This document shows positions 6,083 through 15,205 of a stretch of DNA of 46,541 bases, in pieces; position 1 is the stretch's first letter; every line of letters starts with the position of its first letter. Made by a program: the position numbers and the translations under genes. Below the pieces are notes generated by a model. That model worked only from the letters and a program-made list of their open reading frames with translations, was not told the DNA's origin and searched no databases. Source of the DNA: a virus (lineage: Duplodnaviria > Caudoviricetes); the IMG/VR virus record IMGVR_UViG_3300023100_000002, positions 1 to 46,541 of that record; one strand, given 5' to 3'.

Positions 6083-6707
6083 TATTTGGTCTTATGCGAC
6101 TATCCCGGCCCTCTCTGTTATTTGGCTGACCGCATTCTTTGGGCTTAATGCCGTACGCCCGCCTAATTGGCGCGCACTGCTGACGTGGCCTGGCGCGGTA
6201 GACTTCGGTCTTGGGATTGGATTCCTATCCATGACGGCCAGCAGCTTCATGATGCTCCTAGCCTGCATCATGGGTGCCAACATCTATACATGGCGCGGCG
6301 CTCTGCTGATGTGGAGCATTGCAACGGTGTTCGCGCTGGCTGGGAAGTTCTATCCATGGCGGCGCATCTTCCGGCGCACTACGGATATGGATCGGCTAGA
6401 GAAGAAGTGGCGTGGTGAGGCTGTGCCCACGATGGATGAGCTATCTGAACTGATTGCAGAAAGCCGTAGGGCGCTTTCAACGCGAGGCTCAACGCGGGCC
6501 GATGAGTGCATGAGGGTTCTGCCCACAGTAGTTGCAGCGCTGGAAAAGATGGCCCTCCGGCAGCATCAGATTTATACTATTCGCGTGGAACTGAAGACGG
6601 CCTTGCAGGAACTCAAGCGGGCGTCAAACGAAGATGACCTAGAGCCGCTGGTGACTCGGGTTAACCTGCTACTGGATCGGCTGGAAGGAATCATCCACCA
6701 TGAATAA
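6075..6707 (+). CDS. Membrane protein with cytoplasmic helical C-domain (lysis-associated?)
   Basis: About 3 TM segments then a charged helical region; within the lysis cassette. Confidence 0.6.
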   Translation: MSNIWSYATIPALSVIWLTAFFGLNAVRPPNWRALLTWPGAVDFGLGIGFLSMTASSFMMLLACIMGANIYTWRGALLMWSIATVFALAGKFYPWRRIFRRTTDMDRLEKKWRGEAVPTMDELSELIAESRRALSTRGSTRADECMRVLPTVVAALEKMALRQHQIYTIRVELKTALQELKRASNEDDLEPLVTRVNLLLDRLEGIIHHE

Positions 6708-6975
6708 CGATTTGGAACGGACACTTGATCGTCTTGATAAGGTCCTTCCGCACCTGAGTTCCAATAACACCGTTGGAACTTCTACTATCAATGTCAACGC
6801 AGGCGGGATCGGCGTATGGCTAGCTGTTACATGTACCGCAGTGGCTACCACTCTTTGCATGGTTATGGTTCTGATGTACGTAGACACGAACCGAAAGTAT
6901 GACCGAATGCAGGATTTGCTGAGTGTCATCTATCAGCAGGCACCTTGGCTTAAAGAACCCCCCAAAGAAGAGTGA
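6700..6975 (+). CDS. Single-TM protein (holin/antiholin candidate)
   Basis: GIGVWLAVTCTAVATTLCMVMVLMY TM segment. Confidence 0.6.
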   Translation: MNNDLERTLDRLDKVLPHLSSNNTVGTSTINVNAGGIGVWLAVTCTAVATTLCMVMVLMYVDTNRKYDRMQDLLSVIYQQAPWLKEPPKEE

Positions 6976-6981
6976 TTGCAA

Positions 6982-7140
6982 ATGTCGACCATTATCATTG
7001 TGACCCCGCCTAAGAAAGAAAACCGAATCGCAGGCGTCCAGCACTTCACCGCCGAGCATATCGAAGGCGCGCGAGTGTCGGATATTCTGCGCGAAGTAGC
7101 GAATCAGATGGATCAGGCTGAAGAGGCCGACGAAGGCTAA
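6982..7140 (+). CDS. Hypothetical 52-aa protein (not in track)
   Basis: Fills the gap; TAATG overlap with the i-spanin. Confidence 0.55.
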   Translation: MSTIIIVTPPKKENRIAGVQHFTAEHIEGARVSDILREVANQMDQAEEADEG

Positions 7141-7688
7141 TGAACGCCATCATCCTAGCGCTAGGCGGTGTACGGGCAAGCATCTTTGCGGGTGTGGCAC
7201 TCCTTATCCTCCTAGCCGCTGGCGTGCAGACGTGGCGTCTTGGGAATGCTCAGGATGCCTACGCTGCGTATCAGGATAAGGTAGTGGCCGCTACGGCCAA
7301 GGCGTATCAGGCGGCTGCTACGGCCCGAGAGAAGGCCCAAGAGGCGGTCATCGAGTACCAATCCAAGTCGGCTGAGGCCGAGCGAAACTACCAAGCCGGA
7401 CGGGAGTCGGCAATCCATGCGCAAACTACTCTTGTCAGCGATCTTCGCAACGGTAATCAGCGGTTGCAGCAGCAGTGGCGGGGCTGTGAGTCAAATCGAG
7501 TACGTGAAGGTCAAACCATTGCCGGAACTGCCAGCGGACCGGATGCAGAAGCCGACCTACGGGCAGAAGGTGCGGGCTATCTTATTGGAAGCGCCGACCA
7601 AGCCGACTCCGTAATCACGTGGCTCCAATCCGAACTGACCGCAACCCGCGAACTCTACGGCAAGTGCATGGTTCCTAAGGAAAAGTAA
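7140..7688 (+). CDS. Rz-like inner-membrane spanin
   Basis: N-terminal TM, coiled coil, ADQADSVITWLQ end; embedded lipoprotein gene. Confidence 0.88.
   Translation: MNAIILALGGVRASIFAGVALLILLAAGVQTWRLGNAQDAYAAYQDKVVAATAKAYQAAATAREKAQEAVIEYQSKSAEAERNYQAGRESAIHAQTTLVSDLRNGNQRLQQQWRGCESNRVREGQTIAGTASGPDAEADLRAEGAGYLIGSADQADSVITWLQSELTATRELYGKCMVPKEK
7417..7614 (+). CDS. Rz1-like outer-membrane lipoprotein spanin (embedded, +1 frame)
   Basis: Signal MRKLLLSAIFATVISG-C lipobox; Pro-rich; GGAG RBS. Confidence 0.88.
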   Translation: MRKLLLSAIFATVISGCSSSGGAVSQIEYVKVKPLPELPADRMQKPTYGQKVRAILLEAPTKPTP

Positions 7689-7888
7689 TGTTTGGTCTTC
7701 CTGACTGCGAAGAGATTCGGACATTCAAGCCTGAATGTGTGTGCCATCAATGCTTGCCAGATTGGTACAAGATGACGCATATGGTCCTTTGCCCTGAATG
7801 CGGCAACAAACGCTGCCCTCGCGCCAACGATCACCGCAACGAATGTACCAACAGCAATGCCACGGGCCAGCCGGGAAGTGCCTACTGA
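7688..7888 (+). CDS. Cys-rich putative zinc-binding protein
   Basis: CVCHQC...CPECGNKRCPRANDH. Confidence 0.75.
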   Translation: MFGLPDCEEIRTFKPECVCHQCLPDWYKMTHMVLCPECGNKRCPRANDHRNECTNSNATGQPGSAY

Positions 7889-8073
7889 TGCGCCACGTAG
7901 TAATGGACGTACTGTCCCCGTGGGTAGAGATTGAGTGCCCCCGCTGCGGCATCGACTACGATCTAGAGCCGGAAGACGCTTACGTAGGGATGAGCTGCTA
8001 TTGCGGCTACCGCTACACAAAGGCTGACTTGGCCGACCGAGCCACCCTATACGCCCCGGATTGCGACGAATAG
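7888..8073 (+). CDS. Zinc-ribbon protein
   Basis: CPRC...CYCG; TGATG coupling at 7888. Confidence 0.65.
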   Translation: MRHVVMDVLSPWVEIECPRCGIDYDLEPEDAYVGMSCYCGYRYTKADLADRATLYAPDCDE

Positions 8074-8166
8074 CGCAACTCAACGTTCTATCTGTGTAGG
8101 CCTACGGCAGGCACGGGTTTGCTAGGATTGACCTATCGCGGCGATGGCCGGTTTAGGAGAGATGCT

Positions 8167-8337
8167 ATGGATCACAGCAATTGTTACCTCAGTAGCGGAA
8201 TCTGCGGTTCAATCACTGCGGGTCAGGGGAAGCTTGATGAGAATGGGTATTTTGAAATCCCATGCATTGAGTGTGCCAATCGGGCTGAAGAATATTGGTA
8301 CTCTGAGCCAGAGCAGGCCAAAGAAAATAACAACTGA
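8167..8337 (+). CDS. Hypothetical protein
   Basis: AGGAG RBS before ATG 8167. Confidence 0.6.
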   Translation: MDHSNCYLSSGICGSITAGQGKLDENGYFEIPCIECANRAEEYWYSEPEQAKENNN

Positions 8338-8349
8338 GAGGGATAAGGG

Positions 8350-8532
8350 ATGAGGATCGGAGATTTGAGTGAAGATGTATATGGCACGCTTGCAGCTCGC
8401 GGCCATTCTGATGAGGAAATCAAGAGCATGACTGTCGGCGAGGCTTTCAGCGAATATTGCTGCTGGAATGGAATGCATGGTTGGGGCGCTACGCTTATGA
8501 GGGTTATTCGAGAGTTGGAGTATGCGCAATGA
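8350..8532 (+). CDS. Hypothetical protein
   Basis: RBS and operon continuity. Confidence 0.65.
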   Translation: MRIGDLSEDVYGTLAARGHSDEEIKSMTVGEAFSEYCCWNGMHGWGATLMRVIRELEYAQ

Positions 8533-8843
8533 ACCTCGAACAGATCGACACCAGCACTACGGCGGGGAAGGCCCGTGTGATGCAGCTTGCGGCTGAGGGG
8601 CGGAAGGTGGCTGCTGGCCCGGCTGGGTCCGTGCCGTTCGCCGAAATTAGGAATGACCCATCGTGGGATTGGAAGTCCAATACATACGCCATCATCGCCG
8701 AGCCGGTTGGGCCGGATGAGGTGTGGGGCCTCATCCACAACGACGGTTCTGTACTTGTCCTATCTTCAAACCGCCTTGAAGCGGCGGAGCGTCAATCGCT
8801 CATCCGCTACATCCGCGCCGACCTCGCTGGGGAGGTGGGCTGA
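8529..8843 (+). CDS. Hypothetical protein
   Basis: ATGA coupling at 8529 (MNLEQIDT...). Confidence 0.65.
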   Translation: MNLEQIDTSTTAGKARVMQLAAEGRKVAAGPAGSVPFAEIRNDPSWDWKSNTYAIIAEPVGPDEVWGLIHNDGSVLVLSSNRLEAAERQSLIRYIRADLAGEVG

Positions 8844-9106
8844 TGGAGATGATTCTTGGCCTCGTCGGCATCGCAGCCTTCCCGCTGATCTTCTTCGTGG
8901 TGACGATACCCACGTTCCGGGCACTGTTGTGGACCGTGGACCGTGTGCTGGATGGCCGCGACCCATTCGACAACTTCAGGGATTGGCAGGCCTGGGTTGC
9001 GTACGTGCTGTACTTCACCGGTGCGGCGTGGAGTCTCGGGCTGGGCATTGCGGCATGTGCGGCTTACGGCTTCTGGTTGACGTCCCCGCCGGAGGCGCAG
9101 CCATGA
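8843..9106 (+). CDS. Membrane protein (2 TM)
   Basis: GGAGG RBS; hydrophobic segments. Confidence 0.7.
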   Translation: MEMILGLVGIAAFPLIFFVVTIPTFRALLWTVDRVLDGRDPFDNFRDWQAWVAYVLYFTGAAWSLGLGIAACAAYGFWLTSPPEAQP

Positions 9107-9387
9107 GCGCGATTGAGCAGAGGGCGAGGGCGTGCTTTGCAGAGTGGCATCGTCAGCGAGGGTGTTCGGAGCAAGTAATCGCGGACTGTCTTAACGGGCA
9201 AATCCAGATGCCGGAGCTTGCCGCTGATCTTCTCCGCTTGGCCCTCATGCCTCCGCAGGGGTTGGTGCTGGTGCCGGTTGAGCCGACTGAGGCGATGACC
9301 GCTGCGGCAGAGGAAGCACACATGCCGTTCGGCGATATGGAATTTGCTATAAAGGCGGCAATTTCAGCGCGTCCGGAGGCCAAATGA
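9103..9387 (+). CDS. Hypothetical protein
   Basis: GGAGG RBS at 9103; PQGLVLVPVEPTEAM motif typical of phage early proteins. Confidence 0.7.
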   Translation: MSAIEQRARACFAEWHRQRGCSEQVIADCLNGQIQMPELAADLLRLALMPPQGLVLVPVEPTEAMTAAAEEAHMPFGDMEFAIKAAISARPEAK

Positions 9388-9548
9388 CCCCTATCGCATG
9401 GGTATTAGAGCAATCGCTCCAGGCTAGCGAGCGGTTTAGGCATTTGACGGTGTTGCCGCCTGTATGGACAAAGAAGATGCTTGAAGATACAGAGCGGCGC
9501 GGAACGGAGATTTGGGAGTCAATAAATTGGAAAGGAGCGGAATTATGA
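9384..9548 (+). CDS. Hypothetical 54-aa protein (not in track)
   Basis: ATGA overlaps at both ends. Confidence 0.55.
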   Translation: MTPIAWVLEQSLQASERFRHLTVLPPVWTKKMLEDTERRGTEIWESINWKGAEL

Positions 9549-9751
9549 CTAAGGGTGACAGAGTCAAGCTGAGGGCTGAGCTGGCTGGGAAGGCGATGGC
9601 GGCATTGATTTGTAATGCACAAGCAATGGGTCGAATCGACTTTGCAATAGGTATTGATAAGTCTAGGAGGCGCGATCAGATAGTTGCAAAAGAAGCAACA
9701 GCATTCGCAGACGCCCTAATGGCTGAGCTTGGCATTAAGGGGGAGGAGTGA
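9545..9751 (+). CDS. Hypothetical protein
   Basis: AGKAMAALI...FADALMAEL motif common in small phage proteins. Confidence 0.7.
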   Translation: MTKGDRVKLRAELAGKAMAALICNAQAMGRIDFAIGIDKSRRRDQIVAKEATAFADALMAELGIKGEE

Positions 9752-9984
9752 TGAGCCATTGTGAGTGGAGGCCTATCGAGGAGGCGCCGCGAGACGGCAC
9801 TGATATTCTTATCTCTGGCGGGACGTACAGCTACGGCATGTGGGAAGATGAGAAGTACAGCGGAGTGACTATCGCCCGTTGGTATCACGATCATTGGCGC
9901 GGTGAAGACCGACAAGCTCATGACGACTGGTATTCGCACAAGCCGACCCATTGGGTGTCACTGCCGCCGCCACCGGAGGCATGA
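9748..9984 (+). CDS. DUF551-like phage protein
   Basis: WRPIEEAPRDG...PTHWVSLPPPP. Confidence 0.75.
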   Translation: MMSHCEWRPIEEAPRDGTDILISGGTYSYGMWEDEKYSGVTIARWYHDHWRGEDRQAHDDWYSHKPTHWVSLPPPPEA

Positions 9985-9985
9985 G

Positions 9986-10240
9986 ATGAAACTTAGGGAT
10001 GATTGGTCTGCAAGGCTCTGGCGAAACAAGATATTGTTCATCCGAATGTTACTTGCGGCTTCGGTGATGCTTCCTTTCTGGCTGATTGAGAAGGTCATTG
10101 AAGTGCAAAATGATTTCTCAGATTGGTTGTATTGGAAATGGCGTAATGCTGGATGGCTAGAGTGGATGACTGGAACTCTTACTACATGGGTTGGCAAGAT
10201 TGAAGAAAACAAGCCAAAGGGGAGGAAGGTAGATGAGTAA
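9986..10240 (+). CDS. Hypothetical protein with TM segment
   Basis: GGAGG RBS upstream of ATG 9986. Confidence 0.6.
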   Translation: MKLRDDWSARLWRNKILFIRMLLAASVMLPFWLIEKVIEVQNDFSDWLYWKWRNAGWLEWMTGTLTTWVGKIEENKPKGRKVDE

Positions 10241-10406
10241 GGTAGACTACAAAGCGGCATTTGATGAATTCATTGAAAAGACAGAATGGGTCCAGAAGAC
10301 AGTTCAGCCTCATGAGCTTGGCTATCACCGGGCTGACATTCTGCGAATGAGGATCGATGCGCTAGAGGCGGAAGTATCTCATTTGTACCGATGCTTGGCA
10401 GAATGA
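10233..10406 (+). CDS. Hypothetical 57-aa protein (not in track)
   Basis: GGAGG RBS; MSKVDYKAAFDEFIEKTEWVQ. Confidence 0.6.
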   Translation: MSKVDYKAAFDEFIEKTEWVQKTVQPHELGYHRADILRMRIDALEAEVSHLYRCLAE

Positions 10407-10427
10407 CCCTGATTGGAAGATCGTGTA

Positions 10428-10583
10428 ATGGCTGACAATGATTGGGATGAGAAGTGTCCCAAGTGCGGCGAGAGCATGTTTGTAACCTATATGGAGGCAT
10501 TGGACGGAGAGCGTTTTGGCTACGGAGTGAGGCAGTGCGCTTGTCAGCGGTACGATGAGCAGGAAGAGGTTCTTAGGGTTTAG
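10428..10583 (+). CDS. Small zinc-ribbon protein (not in track)
   Basis: CPKCG...CAC. Confidence 0.5.
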   Translation: MADNDWDEKCPKCGESMFVTYMEALDGERFGYGVRQCACQRYDEQEEVLRV

Positions 10584-10600
10584 TGCTTTGGAGGCAGGGT

Positions 10601-10810
10601 GTGAATAATTGGATTGATAGTCTTCCGAGTCGAGAATGGTTGGAGATTCAATCTTTCGACTATTGGAAGTTGGTTCCCTTAGATGAAGATAGGGAAACGC
10701 TTCGGGTTGTATTCGCTAACGATGAGGAAGGTTCGCTGCTGTATAGCGAAAGGCTGCATGGCATCGAATGCCGCTGGGATCAACTGATGAAGCGCCGCGA
10801 GCAGGTTTGA
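10601..10810 (+). CDS. Hypothetical protein
   Basis: GGAGG RBS before GTG 10601. Confidence 0.6.
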   Translation: MNNWIDSLPSREWLEIQSFDYWKLVPLDEDRETLRVVFANDEEGSLLYSERLHGIECRWDQLMKRREQV

Positions 10811-10834
10811 TGTAGTATTCGATATATTTAGGAT
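10807..10834 (+). promoter_or_regulatory. Putative promoter for the packaging/morphogenesis operon
   Basis: TTGATG-16bp-TAGGAT in an AT-rich gap. Confidence 0.4.
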
Positions 10835-10848
10835 AGCGTTATCTATAT

Positions 10849-11226
10849 ATGGCAGCCGTAGGAAGACCTAGGACAAAACTAGAAGACCTCCCGTCCGACT
10901 GGAAGGATCGGATGCTTGCTGCTGCCTCAGAGGGTAAGTCGGCTGTCGAGGTCAGGCATGAAATTGGAATCGGGCGCTCAGCATGGGAAACATTGCTAGA
11001 AGATAGTGATGAGTTTCGAGCAGCCGAAAAAGACGCAAGGGAACTGTGCGAGGTATGGTGGGAGCGATCCGGGCGCACCCTGGCTATGGCTGGGGGCGGG
11101 AATAGCGCCATCTGGATTTTCAATATGAAGAACCGGTTCGGCTGGCGGGATAAGAAGGAAGAAGAAGAGAAGAAGGACGACATGTCCGATGTTATCCGCG
11201 ACCTGATTGCCAAGCTCCCCGGATGA
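10849..11226 (+). CDS. terS: Terminase small subunit
   Basis: GRP N-terminus, HTH-like core, IWIFNMKNRFGWRDK; upstream of TerL. Confidence 0.88.
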   Translation: MAAVGRPRTKLEDLPSDWKDRMLAAASEGKSAVEVRHEIGIGRSAWETLLEDSDEFRAAEKDARELCEVWWERSGRTLAMAGGGNSAIWIFNMKNRFGWRDKKEEEEKKDDMSDVIRDLIAKLPG

Positions 11227-12539
11227 AAACGGGCAATATCCTGCTAGACCGCCAGCTAGCCCGTTGGTACGCGCTCAGGGACCATCCAGTACAGCTAGCC
11301 CTTATGTCGGCTGTGCCTAACGGTATGCGCTTCCCCTTGGTGCCTGCGGGGCGCCGTAGCGGCAAGACTGAGCGGTTTAAGCGATTCCTAGTAAAGCAGG
11401 CTAGCGCTGACTCAGGACCATACTTTGCTGCCGCTCCTACGCATGCACAAGCGAAGAAGATATTCTGGGATGACCTGAAGGCTTTCACTCTTTCGGCTAC
11501 CCATAAGCGTAGGCCATCTGAGTCTGAGCTAATCATCTACATGGACTGCGGGTCTGAAATCCATGTGATCGGATTGGATAAGCCTCAGCGTATCGAGGGT
11601 ATCCCTTGGCGAGGCGGTGGCATTGATGAGTTCGCCGATATCAAGTCAGACGCATGGGAGGCCAATATCCTCCCTGCACTCAATACCGTTAACCCGACTG
11701 ATCCGGACTACCGTGCGTGGTGCTGGCTCCTTGGTGTGCCTGACGGCTTGAACCACTACTACGACCTCTGTGTTAAGGCTGAGAGTGGGGCTGATCCTAA
11801 CTTTGGCGTATTCCATTGGAAGTCAGCAGAGATTCTGCCGCCTGACGTGATGGATGCCATGCGCCGCGCCATGTCGGCCAAGCAGTTCAAGCAGGAGTTT
11901 GAGGCCAGCTTTGAGACGGCTGGCGGGCGTATATATGAGGACTACGGCAAGCACAACACTACGCATGAGACGATCCAGCCTCATGAGCAGCTAATGTGGA
12001 TGCACGATCAGAACTTCACCCCCCTGTCTTCTGCCATTGGGGTTAGGCGTAACAAGGATGACCTGTACCTACTGGATGAGATTGTGCTCACTAGCGCAGT
12101 ATCCAGGCAGTCGGCGGTTGAGTTCGTGGAAAAGTATAAGAATCATCAGAATAAACACGTCCTGATCTATGGTGATCCGGCAGGTAAGGCGGGCGAGAAG
12201 CACGGCCATGCGTCCGATTACACGGATATTGAGGGAGTGCTAAAAGAGCATGGCTGGCGATATACCCGAAAGGTTAAACCTGCCCATCCAGCGATTAAGG
12301 ACCGTCAGAATGCGGTGAGGACTAAGATTCTTACTGCCGCTGGCGAAACATCGCTATACGTCAATCCTGTAACTGCTGAGTGGTGTCATAAGGGCTTAGC
12401 TACGGTCCAGCTAAAGGAAGGCTCTACTTTCCAAGAGGACCAAACGAATCAATACCAGCACATAACCACAGCTATCGGTTATTGTATTGATGTAGAATGG
12501 CCGAGTAAGCCTAAATTCAATATCACAGCTATGGCCTGA
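11223..12539 (+). CDS. terL: Terminase large subunit
   Basis: Walker A AGRRSGKT, Walker B GGIDE, FKQEFEASF, nuclease domain YGDPAG. Confidence 0.95.
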   Translation: MKTGNILLDRQLARWYALRDHPVQLALMSAVPNGMRFPLVPAGRRSGKTERFKRFLVKQASADSGPYFAAAPTHAQAKKIFWDDLKAFTLSATHKRRPSESELIIYMDCGSEIHVIGLDKPQRIEGIPWRGGGIDEFADIKSDAWEANILPALNTVNPTDPDYRAWCWLLGVPDGLNHYYDLCVKAESGADPNFGVFHWKSAEILPPDVMDAMRRAMSAKQFKQEFEASFETAGGRIYEDYGKHNTTHETIQPHEQLMWMHDQNFTPLSSAIGVRRNKDDLYLLDEIVLTSAVSRQSAVEFVEKYKNHQNKHVLIYGDPAGKAGEKHGHASDYTDIEGVLKEHGWRYTRKVKPAHPAIKDRQNAVRTKILTAAGETSLYVNPVTAEWCHKGLATVQLKEGSTFQEDQTNQYQHITTAIGYCIDVEWPSKPKFNITAMA

Positions 12540-12546
12540 GGTTTAA

Positions 12547-13839
12547 ATGTCCCGATTCGCTCAATTCAGAGATGGCCTGCTTAACGTAGTAGCCAATCTA
12601 GGCACCGGACGGGACAAGGCCGCTAGTACCCATGTTGTCCAGACATTCAAGACTGACTATGAACTCCTGACGGCCTACCGCGAACTGTGGATGGCTAAGA
12701 AGATTGTCAACATTCCGGCCCGTGATGCGGTTCGTGAGTGGCGTAGCTGGCAGGCTAGTTCTGAGCAGATCACCAAGCTTGAGAGGGTAGAGGCGAAGTA
12801 TGGGCTACGCCTGAAGACCGAGGACGCGCTACGCAAGGCTCGTCTCTTTGGCGGTTCAGCCATCTATATTGGCACCTATGACAGCGACCCGTCCAAGCCG
12901 ATGATGGAAAACTCTAGGCTTCGCTATCTGACTGTCATGCCTCGGGCCAAGCTGACTGCGAAGGAGCTGGTAGACGATATTCGATCCCCTTACTACGGTC
13001 AGCCAGAGTATTTCACTGTAGCTAACACCCAGGAGGAGATTCACGTCTCCCGCCTAGTGCTTTTTGTGGGCCAGGTCATTCCCGACGACATTATCGCCAA
13101 TGTTGGCTATTTGGGGTGGGGCGACTCTGTGCTGGCATCCTGCCTTGCCGCCGTGATGCGCGCGGAGTCGTCGTATGCCAACGCTAACTCCCTCATCTAT
13201 GAGGCTCGGGTAGACGTTCTTTCGATCCCCGGCTTGACGGATGAGGTGCAGACCAAGGAAGGCGAGGAGCGAGTAACCAATCTGGCCCGCGTTGCTGCCA
13301 CGTCCAAGGGCAACAATGGCATGATGATGATCGACAAGGAGATGCTATATGACTCCAAGTCGGCATCCTTTGGTGGTTTGAATGAGTTGATGGAGAAGTT
13401 CATTCAAGAGGGTGCGGGCGCTGCGGATATTCCGGCCACCCGCCTTCTCGGCATGTCCCCGTCTGGACTGAATAGTACGGGAGAGTCTGATCTTAGAAAC
13501 TACTATGACAGTATCCGGTCCATGCAGACGCTGGATATCGGCCCTGCGATGGCGTGGCTGGATGAGTTGCTGATTCGTGAGGCACTGGGCGGACGGCCTA
13601 CTGAAGTTCACTACAACTGGAATGTTCTTTGGCAACCCACCGCTAAGGAAATGGCGGATATTGGCAAGACCACGGCTGACACTCTGAAGACGCTGGTTGA
13701 TACCTCCCTGTTCAATAGCGAGGCTCTGTCAGTAGCGGGCGCTAATCTACTCACTGAACGTGGCGTAGTGCCCGGACTAGAGAATGCACTACAGGCTTCT
13801 ATGTCGAAACCTGAAGAAGACGATCCCCAGCAAGAGTAA
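12547..13839 (+). CDS. Portal protein (DUF1073-type)
   Basis: ARLFGGS, AADIPATRLLGMSPSGLNSTGESDLRNYYD; follows TerL. Confidence 0.9.
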   Translation: MSRFAQFRDGLLNVVANLGTGRDKAASTHVVQTFKTDYELLTAYRELWMAKKIVNIPARDAVREWRSWQASSEQITKLERVEAKYGLRLKTEDALRKARLFGGSAIYIGTYDSDPSKPMMENSRLRYLTVMPRAKLTAKELVDDIRSPYYGQPEYFTVANTQEEIHVSRLVLFVGQVIPDDIIANVGYLGWGDSVLASCLAAVMRAESSYANANSLIYEARVDVLSIPGLTDEVQTKEGEERVTNLARVAATSKGNNGMMMIDKEMLYDSKSASFGGLNELMEKFIQEGAGAADIPATRLLGMSPSGLNSTGESDLRNYYDSIRSMQTLDIGPAMAWLDELLIREALGGRPTEVHYNWNVLWQPTAKEMADIGKTTADTLKTLVDTSLFNSEALSVAGANLLTERGVVPGLENALQASMSKPEEDDPQQE

Positions 13840-13850
13840 GGAGTAACACC

Positions 13851-14213
13851 ATGGACCAATTGCCCACAATCGGAAGTGACACGGGTCCAAGGGAGGCGGT
13901 TCCAGTCGTTATCCTGTCCGCCAATGGTCAATTCACTGGCGCAGCAATGGAGCCGCTTGGTTATGTGCAGGTCCCTCTTACAGTAGGTCAGCCATATGCA
14001 ATCAGCCCGCCTACAGGGTCGCGCATGGTGCTTATTAAGCCTGAGGGTGCGGACATGCGCTATCGGGATGACGGCACAGCGCCCACCGCAAGCATTGGAA
14101 TGCCTGTAGCAGATGGGGAATCACTGCTTTATGACGTGAAGCTTACTCAGCTTCAATTGACTGCTCAGGATGCTGGCTGCATCTGCAATCTCTCTTACTA
14201 TGGAGATGCCTAA
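13851..14213 (+). CDS. Hypothetical virion-associated beta-rich protein
   Basis: RYRDDGTAPTASIGMP motif; position in head module. Confidence 0.7.
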   Translation: MDQLPTIGSDTGPREAVPVVILSANGQFTGAAMEPLGYVQVPLTVGQPYAISPPTGSRMVLIKPEGADMRYRDDGTAPTASIGMPVADGESLLYDVKLTQLQLTAQDAGCICNLSYYGDA

Positions 14214-15205
14214 TGCCTAGGTTCTCTCCAACATCCTTTACTAATGAGTTCATTGCAGCGCGCATCCGCGAATACATGCTCGCCAATCCTCCTGTTGGTG
14301 GTCAGCCACCTACTAATGCTCAGGTTGAGATGGCTGTTTCAAAGTACATGGCTCAATTCCCTGCGGAAAGGGGCGCTCAAGGCCCGCAAGGTCCGGCAGG
14401 CATGGACGGCAAAGATGGGCTGTCAATCACCGGCCCTGAGGGCCCTAGCGGCCAGAATGGAAAGGATGGTCAGTCCATCAAAGGTGACACTGGGGCATCA
14501 GGGGCGGATGGACGTGAGGTAGAGATTCGACGTGCCGCTGACTCTATCCAATGGCGCTATAAGGGCGATTCCTCATGGGCGCAGATGGTCGCTATTTCGG
14601 AGTTGATGCCAACGGCTGAGCAGGTTCAGCAGGCGGCAAATGCGTGGCTTGCCGCCAATCCACCTTCTGCTGGGAAGGATGGCGAGTCAATCACTGGGCC
14701 GTCTGGGCCAAAGGGTGAGATTGGGCCTCAGGGTCCGAAAGGTGATCGAGGCGAGACGGGTGCAACCGGATCAATCGGTCCCGCAGGCCCGGCTGGGCCT
14801 CAAGGAATTCAGGGCCCTCAGGGCAATAAAGGCGATACTGGGCTGACTGGCACCAAAGGCGATAAGGGGGATATTGGGCCTACTGGAGCAACCGGGGCTA
14901 CAGGCAGTGTTGGGCCAGCAGGCGCAACCGGCCCCAATCCAGCCATTAAACTTGGGAATATCACTGTTTCCCAGTCGGCCACCCTTGCCATTAGCGCTGG
15001 AACTAGGATTGTTGAAGTTGATGCGCCTGGAGTTCTAGCTACGGATAACCTTTTCTCAACTCCAATTACAGATATTCCCTCTGGCTATGTTGTGCACGAG
15101 GTGTGGTCTACCACAAATAACAAGGTGAAAGTTCAGCTAACTGCACCATTACTTGCAATTGGTGCTAGTTATTCGATTACAATGCGCCTAGTTGCGCTGA
15201 GGTGA
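14213..15205 (+). CDS. Collagen-like (Gly-X-Y) fibre protein, possible head fibre
   Basis: Two Gly-X-Y runs and a beta-rich C-terminal domain. Confidence 0.85.
   Translation: MPRFSPTSFTNEFIAARIREYMLANPPVGGQPPTNAQVEMAVSKYMAQFPAERGAQGPQGPAGMDGKDGLSITGPEGPSGQNGKDGQSIKGDTGASGADGREVEIRRAADSIQWRYKGDSSWAQMVAISELMPTAEQVQQAANAWLAANPPSAGKDGESITGPSGPKGEIGPQGPKGDRGETGATGSIGPAGPAGPQGIQGPQGNKGDTGLTGTKGDKGDIGPTGATGATGSVGPAGATGPNPAIKLGNITVSQSATLAISAGTRIVEVDAPGVLATDNLFSTPITDIPSGYVVHEVWSTTNNKVKVQLTAPLLAIGASYSITMRLVALR

Noticed and set aside
8587-9102. 5' extension of the 266-aa ORF 8587-9387
   Set aside because: Overlaps two better genes; a good RBS and coupling place the start at 9103
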